Of a DNA stretch of 64,000 nt, positions 24,766 to 37,185 are shown piece by piece. The translations under genes were made by a program, and so were the position numbers. A model generated the notes under the pieces. That model was not told the DNA's origin, searched no databases, and was given only the letters and a program-made list of their open reading frames with translations. The stretch comes from Squalus acanthias (lineage: Eukaryota), in NCBI GenBank assembly GCA_030390025.1, contig CM059429.1, forward strand, positions 131,936,001 to 132,000,000. The letters are read 5' to 3'. Each line of letters starts with the position of its first letter. Position 1 is the first letter of the stretch.

Positions 24766-25832
24766 TACATGGAGTATAATAATTCTGATCATTAAAATCT
24801 CTTTTATAAAACATTGGATGATATATTCTGTATTTTTACTTCAATCACATCGCCCCTCCAGAGATGCACAGATGATTTATTTTTTCTTAAACTTTAAACA
24901 TCGAAGGGGAAGAATAAATTTAAATATTTGTGTTAATAAATTTACATCTGAAGCAGTAAATGAAATGGAGTTGCTTCATTCCAGCGTTCATTGAGTGCAA
25001 TGAACAGGCTCTGATTCTCTTAGAAACCATATCAACTTCTGAAAAAGGTTCTTACATGACAGAAAATAGACTGGAACAATCCAAGTTGTTTCTCATGGGA
25101 TTCTGCCAGAATGCTTGTAATAAAAATATTTCTGATCAATTTGATAATACTGTTTATTATGAAAATTATGAGACTCCATAGCCACCAACAAATTGGCGAG
25201 AAATAAAAACAGAAACTGCTCGACATACACAGTAGGTCAGTCACTATCTGAAAGAGAATGATAAATAGTCCAATGAAGAGTTTTCTGAGTTCTCGCACTC
25301 TTTTTTTTGTATGACATTGTTTTAACAAGAGATTATCAGAAACTCAAAATGAATTGCACAAATTCAGTTGAGAAGATTATGCATAGTGCCGGTCAGCAGT
25401 AAAGACTCCTGAACCGTTCTGAAAGCATTGAAAGTTTCATCCAAGAGTTTTAAACTTACACATTTTGTCTGTCAGAAACACTGGCTATATGCTGTGTTTT
25501 AAGTACTAATTACTGCTGCTTGCTATCATTTGCTATTGCTGTAAATCCAGATGGTAATTGTAAAGTTCAACCTCTTGATGCATCTGTGTTATATATACTC
25601 AATCGGTCCATGTGAAATTGTGTTTTTTAAATTTCCACATGAAAGATAGTCATTTTCACAACAAAAAATAAAAATATTTCATATGGCTAGCTATGCAGTT
25701 TGTGGCACCTAACAACAATGACAATATTTTTCCCCATGGCTTAGTAGCATCTATGATCTTTGAATACAGTTGAACGTAAGGTCACATAGCACTACAAATC
25801 CTTGGAGTCCATTCCCATGAGGTAAGTAACAC

Positions 25833-28800
25833 GGAGTCCAGTACTGCTTCTACAGAGTACTAAACTCGGGAATTTGGTGAGTGAGGGAATTCGGAGAGGT
25901 GGGGGTAAGCAGTACTGCTTGATACATTAAAAAAATATAAACAACTAGGGTTAAATTAGGACTGTGGGCTAAGTTACAGTAAAGAACTAAAGCATATAAC
26001 TAAATTTAATAAATTAAACAAGGTATTACCTAGATTAAAAACTATTAATAGACAATTGAGTATTTCAAAACTTGAAAACCTAATTAGTTCAATAAAATAC
26101 AATAGAGATGGCAGGGCAGATGATGTGTTGCAGCTGTAGCACGTGGGAGCTGGTGGACCCCAGTGTGATCCACAGCAACTACATCTGCAGTATGTGTCTG
26201 CAGCTCGAGGAACTTCAGCTCAGAGTAGATGAGCTGGAGTCCAAGCTTTGGACACTGCGATACATCAGGGAGGGAGAGAAAGTTACCTGGACACTTTGTT
26301 ACAGGAGGCAGTCACACCCCTTAGGTTAAATACTTCAGATTTGGTCAGTGGTCAGGGACTACATGTGAGGCAGGTATGGGGATCCAGAAGGTAGCATTGG
26401 AGGAGCCTCAGCCCTTGCACTTGTCCAACAGGTATGAGGTTCTTGCAGCCTGTGTGGACGAGAGCAGGGACTGCAGGGAGGATGAGCAAACTGACCACAG
26501 CACCGTGGTACAGGGGGCCATTCAAGTTGGGGCAGTAAAAAGGAATGTAGTAGTGGTAAGGAACAGTATAGTTAGGGGATAGCAAAATACTGCGGATGCT
26601 GGAAATCCGAAATAACAACAGAAAACGCTGGAAAAACTCAGCAGGCCAGGCAGCATCCGTGGAGAGAGAAACAGAGTTAATGTTTCAGGTCGAAGAGCCT
26701 TCATCAGAACTGGAAAAAAAGCAGGAAATGAAATAGATTTAAAGCAAGTATAATGCTGGGAAAAGGGGGAGGGGATGAAAGAACAAAGGGGAAGGTCAGT
26801 GGTAGTATAGAAGGCAGGAGAGATTAAGAGACATTGAGAGACATTAAGAGATATTCAAGGCGAGAGGAGGTGGTTATGTGACAGGTTGAGGCTAGATGAA
26901 GTGTGAAGTGCGCTGGCGGAATGAAGGACAGCTGCCAGCTTGAGGGAGGGAAGAAAAAAAGGGGGCCAAACAAAAGGGTGGATGAAAAAATAAAATATAT
27001 ATAAATATAATATATATATGTGATAGGGGCCGTGGTTATGATCTGAAATTGTTGAACTCTGTGTTGAGTCCAGAGGGCTGTAGCGTGCCTAAACGAAAGA
27101 TGAGGTGCTGTTCCTCGAGCTTACGCTGAGCTTCCGTGGAACAATGCAAGAGGCCAAGGACGGTGAGGTGGCCTGTCACTTTAATTCTCCACTCCACTCC
27201 TAATGACATCGGTAGGACTAAGAAAGAGGTTCTGCTCAGGGAGTATGAGCAGCTAGGGGCCAAACTAAAAAGCAGAACCACAAAGGTAATAATCTCTGGA
27301 TTACTACCTGAGCCACGAGCAAATTGGCATAGGGTCAATAAGATCAGAGAGTTGAGTGCGTGGCTCAAGGATTGGTGTGGGAGAAATGGGGCACTGGCAC
27401 CAGTACTGGGGAAAGAGGGAGCTGTTCCGTTGGGACGGGCTTCACTTGAACCGTGCTGGGACCAGTGTCCTGGCGAATCGAATAACTAGGGCTGTAGATA
27501 GGGCTTTAAACTAAATAGTTGGGGGGGGAGGGTTCAGGTGAGGGGAAACTTAGAAAGTTGAAGAGAAAGGAGAAGGCAATAGTGTAAGGTAGCGATAGGG
27601 GTTATGATAACCAGAGTGTGACAGGAAGGGACAGAGTATACAAGCATAAGAGTGCACCAGCAAATAGGGTCAGGGTAGGGAAAAATGGTAAAAGACAAAA
27701 TTAAAGGCTCTTTATCTGAATGCACACAGCATTCATAACAAGATAGATGAATTGATGGCACAAATAGAAATAAATGGGTATGATCTGATAGCCATTACAG
27801 AAACGTGGCTGCAAGGTGACCAAGGCTGGGAACTGAATATAAAGGGGTATTTGACATTTCGGAAGGATAGGCAGAAAGGAAAAGGAGGCGGTGGAGCTCT
27901 GTTAATAAAGGATGAGATCAGTACAGTAGTGAAAAATGATCTTGGCTCGGAAGATCAAGATGTAGAATCAGTCTGGGTGGAGATAAGAAATAATAAGGGA
28001 ATTAAGTCACTGGTGGCAGTAGTCTATAGGTCCCCTAACAGTAGCTACACTGTGGGACAGAGTATAAATCAAGAAATAATGGGGACTTGTAAGAAAGGTA
28101 CTGCAATAATCGTGGGCGACTTTAATCTTCATATAGATTGGACAAATCAAATTGGCAAAGGTAGCCTTGAGGACGAGTTCCTAAGAGTGAATTCAGGACA
28201 GTTTCTTAGAACAATACATTGTGGAACCAACCAGGGAACAGGCTATTTTAGATCTGGTAATGTGTAATGAGACAGGATTAATTAATGAGCTCATAGTAAA
28301 GGATCCTCTAGGGAAGAGTGATCATAACATGATAGAATTTCACATTCAGTTTGAGGGTGAGAAACTTGGGTCTGAAACTAGTGTCTTAAACTTAAATAAA
28401 GGCAATTACAAGGCTATGAAGACAGAGTTGGCTAAATTGGACTGGGAAAATAGATTAAAAGGTAAGACGGTCGATAAGCAGTGGCAGACTTTTAAGGAGC
28501 TATTTCATAACTCTCAACAAAGATATATTCCAGTGAGAAAGAAAGACTCTACAAGAAGGATGAACCATCCGTGGCTTACTAAGGAAGTTAAGGAGGGTAT
28601 CAAATTGAAAGAAAAGGCATACAATGTTGCGACAATTAGTGGTAGGCCAGAAGATTGGGAAATTTTTAGAAACTTGCAAAGGATGACTAAAATAAAGAGG
28701 GAGAAAATAGATTAAGAGCGTAAACTAGCAAGAAATATAAAAACAGATAGTAAGAGCTTCTACAAGTATATAAAAAGGAAGAGAGTAGCTAAAGTAAACA

Positions 28801-30420
28801 TTGGTCCCTCAGAGGATGAGACTGGGGAATTAATAATGGGAAACAAGGAAATGGCAGAGACTTTGAACAAATATTTTGTATCTGTCTTCACGGTAGAGGA
28901 CACTAAAAGCATCCCAATAATAGTGGAAAATCAAGGGGCAAAAGGGACGGAGGAACTTAAAACAATCACTATCACTAGAGAAACAGTACTCGGCAAACTA
29001 ATGGGACTAAAGGCTGACAAGTTCCCTGGACCTGATGGCCTGCATCCTAGGGTCTTAAAAGAAGTGGCTACAGAGATAGTGGATGCATTGGTTGTAATCT
29101 TCCAAAATTCCCCAGACTCTAGAAAGGTCCTAGCGGATTAGAAAACCGCAAACGTAACGCCCATATGCAAGAAAGGAGGGAGACAGAAAGCAGGAAACTA
29201 TAGGCCAGTTAGCCTAACATCTGTCATTGGGGAAAATGCTGGAATCCATTATTAAGGAAGTAGTAGCAGGAAATTTAGAAAATCATAATAAAACCACGTT
29301 GACTCTGCTTGATTGTATGAAAGGGAAATCGTGTTTGACAAATTTATTAGAGTTCTTTGAGGATGTAACAAGCAGGGTGGATAAAGGGGAATCAGTAGAT
29401 GTAGTGTATTTGGATTTCCAAAAGGCATTCGATAAGGTGCCACATAAAAGGTTACTGCACACGATAAGAGCTCATGGTGTTGGGGATAATATATTAGCAT
29501 GGATAGAGGATTGGCTAACTAACAGAAAACAGAGAGTTGGGATAAATGGGTCATTTTCAGGTGGCAAACTGTAACTAGTGGGGTGCCATAGGGATCAGTG
29601 CTGGGGCCTCAACTATTTACAATCTATTTTAATGACTTGGATGAAGGGACCAAGTGTACTGTAGCCAAATTTGCTGATAATACAAAGATAGGTGGAAAGC
29701 AAGTTGTGAGGAGGACACAAAGAGTCTGCAAAGGGATATAGATAGGTTAAGTGAGTGGGCAAACATTTGGCAGATGGAGTATAATGTGGGGAGTAATTAG
29801 GAAGGCAAATGGAATGTTGGCCTTTATTGCAAGGGGATGGAGTATAAAAGTAGGGAAGTCTTGCTACAACTGTACAGGGCATTGGTGAGACCACACCTAG
29901 AGTACTGCGTACAGTTTTGGTCTCCTTATTTAAGGAGGGAAAAACTTGCATTGGAGGCAGTTCAGAGAAGGTTCACTAGGTTGATTCCTGGGATGAAGGG
30001 GTTGTCTTATGGGGAAAGGTTGGGCCTATACTCATTGGAGTTTAGAAGAATGGGAAGTGATCTTATTGAAACATATAAGATTCTGAGGGGGCTTGACAGG
30101 GTAGATGCTGAGAGGATGTTTCCCCTCATGGGGGAATCTAGAACTATGGGGCATAGTTTCAGAATAAGGGGTCACCCATTTAAGATGGAGATGAGGAGGA
30201 ATTTCTTCTCTCAGAGGGTCGTAAATCTTTGGAATTCTCTACCCCAGAGAGCTATGGAAGCTGAGTCATTGAATATATTCAAGGCTGAGATAGACAGACA
30301 GGGGATTCAAGGGTTATGAGTTAAGGCCAAGATCAGATCAGCCATGATCTTATTGCATGGCGGAGCAGGCTCGAGGGGCCGAATGGCCTACTCCTGCTCC
30401 TATTTCTTACGTTCTTATGA
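25833..30420 (+). mobile_element. Near-full-length but disrupted CR1 LINE (family B): ORF1 (Zn-finger/coiled coil + SGNH esterase) and ORF2 (APE + RT)
   Basis: ORF1 from 26108 (CxxC...CxxC; NSIVRG; NDIGR; VIISGLLP). ORF2 fragments 27752-30319 (IAITETWL, GDFN, SDHN, YLDFQKAFDKV). cttat-type tail. Confidence 0.93.
26581..27198 (-). mobile_element. Penelope 3' end (GIY-YIG C-terminus, 3' UTR, hammerhead motif) nested in CR1 ORF1
   Basis: LGLLHCSTEAQRKLEEQHLIFRLGTLQPSGLNTEFNNFRS*; hammerhead CTGATGA...GAAA at ~26675-26711 on the minus strand. Confidence 0.85.
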
Positions 30421-32265
30421 CATTGATGTGTGAAACTAAGGGGATAACAGCAGGTTGTAGGAGAACTGAAGAAAGCAGAAACTGGTGGTGAGGAGGTGAA
30501 AGTGGTAGATGAGTGACCAAGACTGAAGCAAAGAAGAGTTACCTTGTACAGGTAACGATTATCTTACAAGAAAATTGTAATGCAAAGGCCTTATGGGACA
30601 CATGATTTAAAATAATAGAATGGATCGCAAATCGAAAAAGGCTCATGGAAGTTAAAGCTGAGATAGTGGACTATATATGGGAAGACCAGAAGACAGGGAG
30701 AATGGGTAGACAGCTGCGGAAGCTGACATGTTGCAACAGAGATTTCTTGTGGCCAGCATGGTTGTGACAACTGACTGATCTGATGCAGAAGCATCATGTA
30801 TTACGCCGTATCACATTGTGTACGTAGCTTTACTTTGTTTTTAAATGAAATTCTTCAGGTTACAGTCCAGTTTCTTCTTCTAATTTTGGGAATGTGAAGA
30901 AACCAACACAAATTGTTGTGATGTTACTGAGCTATGTAAAGGACATTGTGGTCTCAGTGCATGTTAGCACATTTGGTCCCTCCCACAGTTAGTTGCAATG
31001 GGAAATTAACAGGGGTCATGACGTGAATTTAATCAAACAAGAGCTGGGGTGGCAAAGACTAGTGACAATATGACCAAGTGGAAGTTGAGAAACAATGGCA
31101 GATGTGAATGTGGAGAGTCTAGGCAAACACTTGAACAGTGCCTGATGTAGTGTCCCTGTCAACAGCTGTACTACCGAGGAACTATTCAAGATAAACAACA
31201 CTGGATCCTGGCTGCAGTTTTGGAGTGACAAGCTATGAATGAATGAATCCCTACGTTATGCTGATAACATTTACAGCCTATTTCCTACCACTAAATGCAG
31301 AAATTGAAATCTACCAAACAAATCTGAGCATTTCTCATTGTTTAATTCGTTCAAAAAATACTTTGAACATTTTTTAAACACAGTACAAATGCAGAAGATG
31401 ATCCACAGCAAGCAAATATTTAAAGCACTGGATACTGTTTGAAGTCAAACACGTTTTTCAAAATGAACAAGGTGTAGGCTTGCCACAGGAAAATCCAGTC
31501 AGTGGAATGAAAATATTGAACTGCAGCTTTCAAACTAGTCGGATTTGGGTCCAGGGAGGATTACAGTATTTCCAAAAGGATTGTAGAGCTTGATGAGACA
31601 TGCAGAAAATACTTCTTTGTATTTGACAGTAGGACAAAGCATCATACTGATAGCCTGCTCATGCTCTAAACACCCAGTCTGTTCGGGTTTTACTGAACTG
31701 TATACTCCTAATCCTGTAAAAGCTTAAATGCTATCCTCTCTCTAGCGTTAACGTCATGGTATGCAACAAATTACTGTAAAGGTTCAAACGTTCAAATACA
31801 ACTAAAGACTACTTTATTTCCAAGTTGGGGTCACCTTGGATATTGAAGAAAATTGTAACCAGACTGCACTTTGATATTTTATGAATCGCTAGGTATTGAG
31901 TAGCAACAAAATGTTTTGTAGCTAATCTATGCCACGCTCCACTCTTCAACAGCTAATTCTTAACATTAGGAGAGAGCAGGTAGGAGCATCTGCTGCCTCT
32001 GAACACTAAAATGATTCAAAAATAAGTTTATAAAGTGTCCAGGAGGTCCACTAGGCAGGAGTTTTATTTCCCCCAAAAGTAAACGTTATTTGTTGACCAA
32101 ACAAATATATAAAAACCACAGTCCAAAAACATTCAGAACAGTATAAAGTGATGTTGCCATTCATAAAGCATAAAGCACTTTTGTGAGGTACACAGTTTCA
32201 GGGAGTATCAAGCTATTGCATCCAGTTGCTATGTAAACATTTAACTGAAAAAGGTGCTACATGTA

Positions 32266-32522
32266 CAAAAGCAAAATACTGCGGATGCTGGAAATCTGAA
32301 ACAAAAACAGAAAATGCTGGAAACACTCAGCAGGTCAGGCAGCATCTGTGGAGAGAGAAACAAAGTTAACGTTTCAGGTCGATGACCCTTCGTCAGAACT
32401 GGAAAAAGCTGGAGATTGAACAGGTTTTTAAGCAAGTGCAGGGGCAGGGAAAGGGGGGAGGGAAGGAAAGAACAAAAGGGAAGGTCTGTGATAGGATGGA
32501 AGGCAGGAGAGATTTAGAGACA
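32266..32522 (-). mobile_element. Penelope 3' UTR/pseudo-LTR fragment
   Basis: Same terminus as the 26581 and 37185 copies; its other end abuts a MITE. Confidence 0.8.
32364..32400 (-). ncRNA. Minimal hammerhead ribozyme motif (PLE type), core intact
   Basis: AGTT-CTGACGA-AGGGTC-ATC-GACCT-GAAA-CG-TT-AACT: stem I AGTT/AACT, stem II, and palindromic ACGT in place of helix III. Confidence 0.7.
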
Positions 32523-32524
32523 AT

Positions 32525-33285
32525 AGCCCAGAAATTGGACTTCGATGGTTGCCGCGGGGGTAAGGATCCCCCGCGATATCGCACTCTGCGCCTGCCTTTA
32601 TGGTTTTGGCCCACACGAACTTCAGTTCCTGGGCCTCTCCCTGGTGCCGGCGCGCAGTGTGTGCGTGTCCCAGAGGCGCAGTTAGTTCGATGCGACCTCT
32701 GGGATCACATGGGCCAGTTAGAGCCAATGGCAGCACACCATCTTTCATTCATAGTTTTGACAGGAAGAGCTGTCAAAGCTATGAACACAACTTGCCCCCA
32801 AAAGAACAGCTAAACCTCAATTAAATTTTTTTAAAAATCCATCACATTAATAAAATAACTATAGTTAAATAAATTAACCACTTTAAACAAAAATTTAAAT
32901 TTTTGAAAAAATTTAAATTCTTTTTAAAGTTATAAAAATAAACTTACCTTTCTTTAAGGTCTCTAAAAAAGATAAACCTGTTGAAAAAATTTTAAAATAC
33001 TTAATTAACTACTTACCTTGTTAAAAGGGGGTCTTACGCCTCCTTTCTTCATGTGTAAAATCTTCAACACTTACCTTCGCGTTCAAACCTGAAAAAAAAA
33101 CTAAGTGTGCTGCGTGCGCGCAGCCTGTAGTGTGCACGCGGTTCACTTAGGAACCGCCCCCTTCGCAATATCGGAAGTGCCGGTTTCCCGCGCATGCGCA
33201 GTGCATGCAGGAAACCGGCACTTCGGGACCGAATATGGGTGAGTACACAGTGCGTACTCTCCCGTATTCGGACGAATTTCTGGGC
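32525..33285. mobile_element. PIF/Harbinger-like MITE
   Basis: TIRs GCCCAGAAATT / AATTTCTGGGC with AAT adjacent on both sides (within 1 nt). Confidence 0.75.
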
Positions 33286-33453
33286 AATTAAGAGATGGTG
33301 CATTGCCTTGAACACAATCCTATGTTATGAAGCTGCTAGGGATATACTTAAAACAACACTGTATCTCTCTCCAGATTTTCTTTGCAAATGTACATTCTAA
33401 GGAGACGTGGGCAATGATCTCTTCACAACCACAGCCACCATAAGGACAGCATT

Positions 33454-33691
33454 AGCAAAATCCTGCAGATGCTGTAAATCTGAAGCAAAAACAGAAAATG
33501 CTGGAAACACTCAGCAAGTCAGGCACGGTATCTGTGGAGCGAAGTGACAAGTTAATGTTTCAGGCATGGCCCTTTGTCAGAACCGGGTGCTGATGAAGGG
33601 CAATGCCTGTAAAGTTAACTTGTCATTTCACTCCACAGATGATTTGCATGACTTGTTGAGTGTTTGCAGCACTTTCCGTTTTTGTTACAGG
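33454..33691. mobile_element. Palindromic (head-to-head) Penelope pseudo-LTR pair with hammerhead-like motifs on both strands
   Basis: Arms ~33480-33580 and 33590-33690 are imperfect reverse complements around a 9-nt spacer. Confidence 0.75.
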
Positions 33692-33809
33692 GATAGCATG
33701 TTGTGTTGCAGAATCACAGGTTGTGTGTGAAGGATCTGACAGGAAGGGTCCTTCTGCCAGGAGCCAAACAACATCTTGTTGCTTTTTTTTTTTAAAACAG
33801 ATCTGGGGA

Positions 33810-34035
33810 GGAGGTTTTTGTCATCTGCTCGGAAATCTTCTGACACAATCAACCACCTCCTTCGTTCAGAAGGCCTCAAGAATATTCTGCACAGACCACG
33901 GTCTGACCGACTTGTGGTCAAAGGTGTTCAAGAATTTCTCCTCGAGGGGTAGGTGGTAGGGCACACTGCAATTGGATGCAGCGTTCCATGAGAGTGTGGC
34001 CAGATCCATTATTCTCAACAGCAGGAGCAAACAGA
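33810..34035 (-). mobile_element. L1/Tx1-like LINE ORF2 fragment, decayed
   Basis: Minus peptide PVLRIMDLATLSWNAASNCSVPYHLPLEEKFLNTFDHKSVRPWSVQNILEAF resembles the post-RT region of fish Tx1-like elements (from memory). Confidence 0.5.
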
Positions 34036-34596
34036 ACCTCAGCATATACTTAGGCTTGGATTTACATACTTAAGGTCTAAACACAGCTTTACGCTGCTCC
34101 ACACGAAAGTCGTCGTCAGGATCAGGGCAACATTTGGCCATTTTCTCCTTTTACCCAGAGATTAAACATGATGTCCCTGCATTATCAGTATGCTCAAGTT
34201 TTAGACACAAAAGTGATTAACTTCAAAAAAAGCTCTCCACTACAGATTAAGATCCATTTTTGGATGAATCAAATATTTGGTTCAATTTATAAAATGTTTG
34301 TCGTGAAACCATAGCGTCAGTAACCAAAGGTGAAAATGTTTTTCCTTCTGATAATTATTTAGAAGAACCTTCATTGCATGCTTCTTAAAAGGTAGTTATA
34401 TTGCCACTTATAGCTTACAAAACAGCTTTAGGTTCACATCAATAAAAAAGTAGAACTACAATTCAGATGGTCAAGTGCACTAAAGCTGAGAGGTGTGAGA
34501 CCACCTCCCGGAGGCCATCATACACCAGCTTGAGTTTGTATAGAATGCAGTATAACTGCAGTCTTAAACCACACAAAATTTTGCCCAGACCAGAAG

Positions 34597-35360
34597 ATGC
34601 AACGCCTGCCGTTTTACCTCCTCCCTTCCCACCATCCAGGGCCCCACTCCTTCCAGGTGAAACAGCAATTTACTTGTATTTCTTTAAATTTGGAATACTG
34701 TATTCGCTGCTCACAATGCCGTGTCCTCTACATTGTGGAGACCAGATGCAGATTGGGTGATCACTTTGCTGAACACCTCCGGTCAGTCCACAAGTTTCCG
34801 GTCACTTTTCATTTTAATTCTCCATCCCATTCCCTTTCCAACATTGGCCTCCTACACTATTCCAATAAAGCTCCTCAGGAACTCGAGGAACAATGCCTCA
34901 TCTTTCGAACAGACACTCTAAAATCTTTTGACACTCAACATTGAGTTCAACAATTTCAGATCATAACCACAGCTCCCATTTGTTCCACACAGCAGGTGCT
35001 GGTAATGGTTCTGCTATTGCCATTTACAGTTCTCTTTGACCCATCTTTTGTTCCTTTACTTGTCCCATCTTTTGTTCCTTTACTTGTCCCATTACCACCC
35101 ACTTTTGCCTTGCACCATCATCCATTTTGTCATTTAATCACTCCTGCCTTCCACCCTATCACAGACCTTCCCTTTTGTTCTTTCCTTCCCTCCCTCTACC
35201 CCACCCCACCCCTCCCCTCCCAACCTTTCCCTACCTGTGTACTTGCTTAAAAACTGTTAAATCTCTAACTTCTTCCAGTTCTGGCGAAAGATCATCGACC
35301 TGAAACGTTAACTCTGTTTCTCTCTCCACAGACCTGCTGAGTACTTTCTGCTTTTATTTC
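34597..35360 (+). mobile_element. Penelope 3' fragment (GIY-YIG endonuclease remnant, 3' UTR, mutated hammerhead)
   Basis: FTCISLNLEYCIRCSQCRVLYIVETRCRLGDHFAEHLRSV; hammerhead core mutated to CTGGCGA at 35281. Confidence 0.85.
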
Positions 35361-35549
35361 ACTCCTTTATTTTAGTTTCTTTTCATGTCTGTGTTTACAG
35401 TCAGCTGCACTTTCCCACTGCCAATTTCAATTTGACAAACTCTTGCATTTGTTTTTCGCAGTCACAAAATGCTGCTACTAGAAACAGAACCAGATATCCC
35501 AACAGAACAGTCACTTCGTAAAAGGGTTTTTATTGCAGCTACTGTACTT

Positions 35550-36042
35550 TATAAACTCTGCTGCCTATATCCGATCCCACACCAAGTGCCGCTCACCCAT
35601 CACTCCTGTCCTTACTGGCCTAGATTGGCTCCCAGTCCTCCAATGCCTCAAATTAAAAATTTCCCATCCTGTGTGTTTAAATTTCTTCATAACTTCACCC
35701 CTCCCTATCTCTATCATCTCCTCCAGTCCTAGAACGCTGCATTGCTCGGACTCTGGCCTCTTGTGCATCTCTCCCTCTTTCCCTTTATCCCACCACTGGT
35801 AGCTGTGCCTTCAGCCGCCTAGGCACATGCTGTGGAATTCTCTCCCTAAGCCCCTTCACTTATCTACCTCCATCTACTCCTTTAAGACCTTCCTTAAAAT
35901 CCACCTCTTTAACCAAGCTTTTGGTGACCACTTCAAAAATCCCTATCTTTGGCTCTATTTTTATCTGATTATGCCTCTGTGAAGTGCTTTGGATTTTTTT
36001 TTTAATGTTAAAGATGCCATATAAATGCAAGTTGTTGTTGTT
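35550..36042 (+). mobile_element. L2 3' fragment
   Basis: SPITPVLTGLDWLPV...; (GTT)n tail. Confidence 0.8.
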
Positions 36043-36899
36043 GGACAGGGTATGGCAACAAGAAGGGAATGAGCTATATTGATTGGTGCTTGCTTTGTTC
36101 CAAATAAAGCCTTCACATCACTTGCTCCAATTGCCAAATGTCTGCCAGGCATTTTGTCCATGCTTGATTAGGGGTCAGTTGGGATGGGCCACAGCTTAAA
36201 CATGCATGTATTTTTTTCAGTGCTGGTTCAAGAGCTTCTTAAGCCTTCAAGAGGTGGGGATTCCTTGTCCTGCCAGCAGCAGGGCAATTAGGCACGGGGT
36301 TACATCTGGGATGGACTAGAGCAGGGGCATGATCGGAATGTACACAGTTGTACCATCACTGATCTGTCAGGGTTGAATGGAATTTTTGGAGTTTGTGTGG
36401 CCGTGGTAGCTGCAACACAGGATTCTGAGCTCTCTCTGCATAGGTAGTAGTAACAAGGATCAGTCTAGACAGAGAAAGTTGATGTCTTAACCAGGCACAT
36501 TTATACAGAAAGCTTTTGTGGATTGTTACAAGGATGTATCAAAACATACATACATTGTTGTTACACACAGATATACAGTTTTGTGTTGCATTGTGTTACA
36601 AAGCTATAACATATGCTATTCCCTTGCATCATGCAATGATATAAAACCTGATATTAGGTAGTTCCAATTACAAGACAGGATAGCATTTCAGTTCAAATCA
36701 TGTAATTTGACCACAGGAACCTGCTGCCTGTCCCAACTTGCCACTGGCAGCAACACAAAATACCACTGAAAATTAAACAAAGCTACTTGTGTATCAGAAA
36801 TAATAATAGTTTTGCAGTGTACTTTCTAAAAAATTTAGTGACAGGAGATGCATGATTCTGGCAAGGCCATAGCTAGTTGCCCTGAACGGATTCTCCCAA

Positions 36900-37185
36900 A
36901 ACCACCACCTTTTGCCTTGCACCATCATACCTTTTGCCATTTAAATTACTCCTGCCTTTCACCCTATCACAGACCTTACCTTTGGTTCTTTCCTCCCCTC
37001 CCCCTTTCCCTGCCTCTGTACTTGCATAAAACTTGTTACATCTGTAACATTTTCCAATTCTGATGAAAGGTCATAGACCTGAAACGTTAACAGTGTTTCT
37101 CTCTCCACAGATGCCGCCTGCCCTACTGAGTATTTCCAGCATTTTCTGTTTATATTTCAGATTTCCAGCATCCGCAGTATTTTGT
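36900..37185 (+). mobile_element. Penelope 3' UTR/pseudo-LTR with intact hammerhead core
   Basis: CTGATGA-AAGGTC-ATA-GACCT-GAAA-CG-TT-AAC at 37060-37091. Confidence 0.8.

Noticed and set aside
25228-25328. Hydrophobic stretch KLFIGLFIILFQIV as the SRPX signal exon
   Set aside because: No suitable ATG, and splicing to exon 2 would create TGA; 39188-39254 fits much better.
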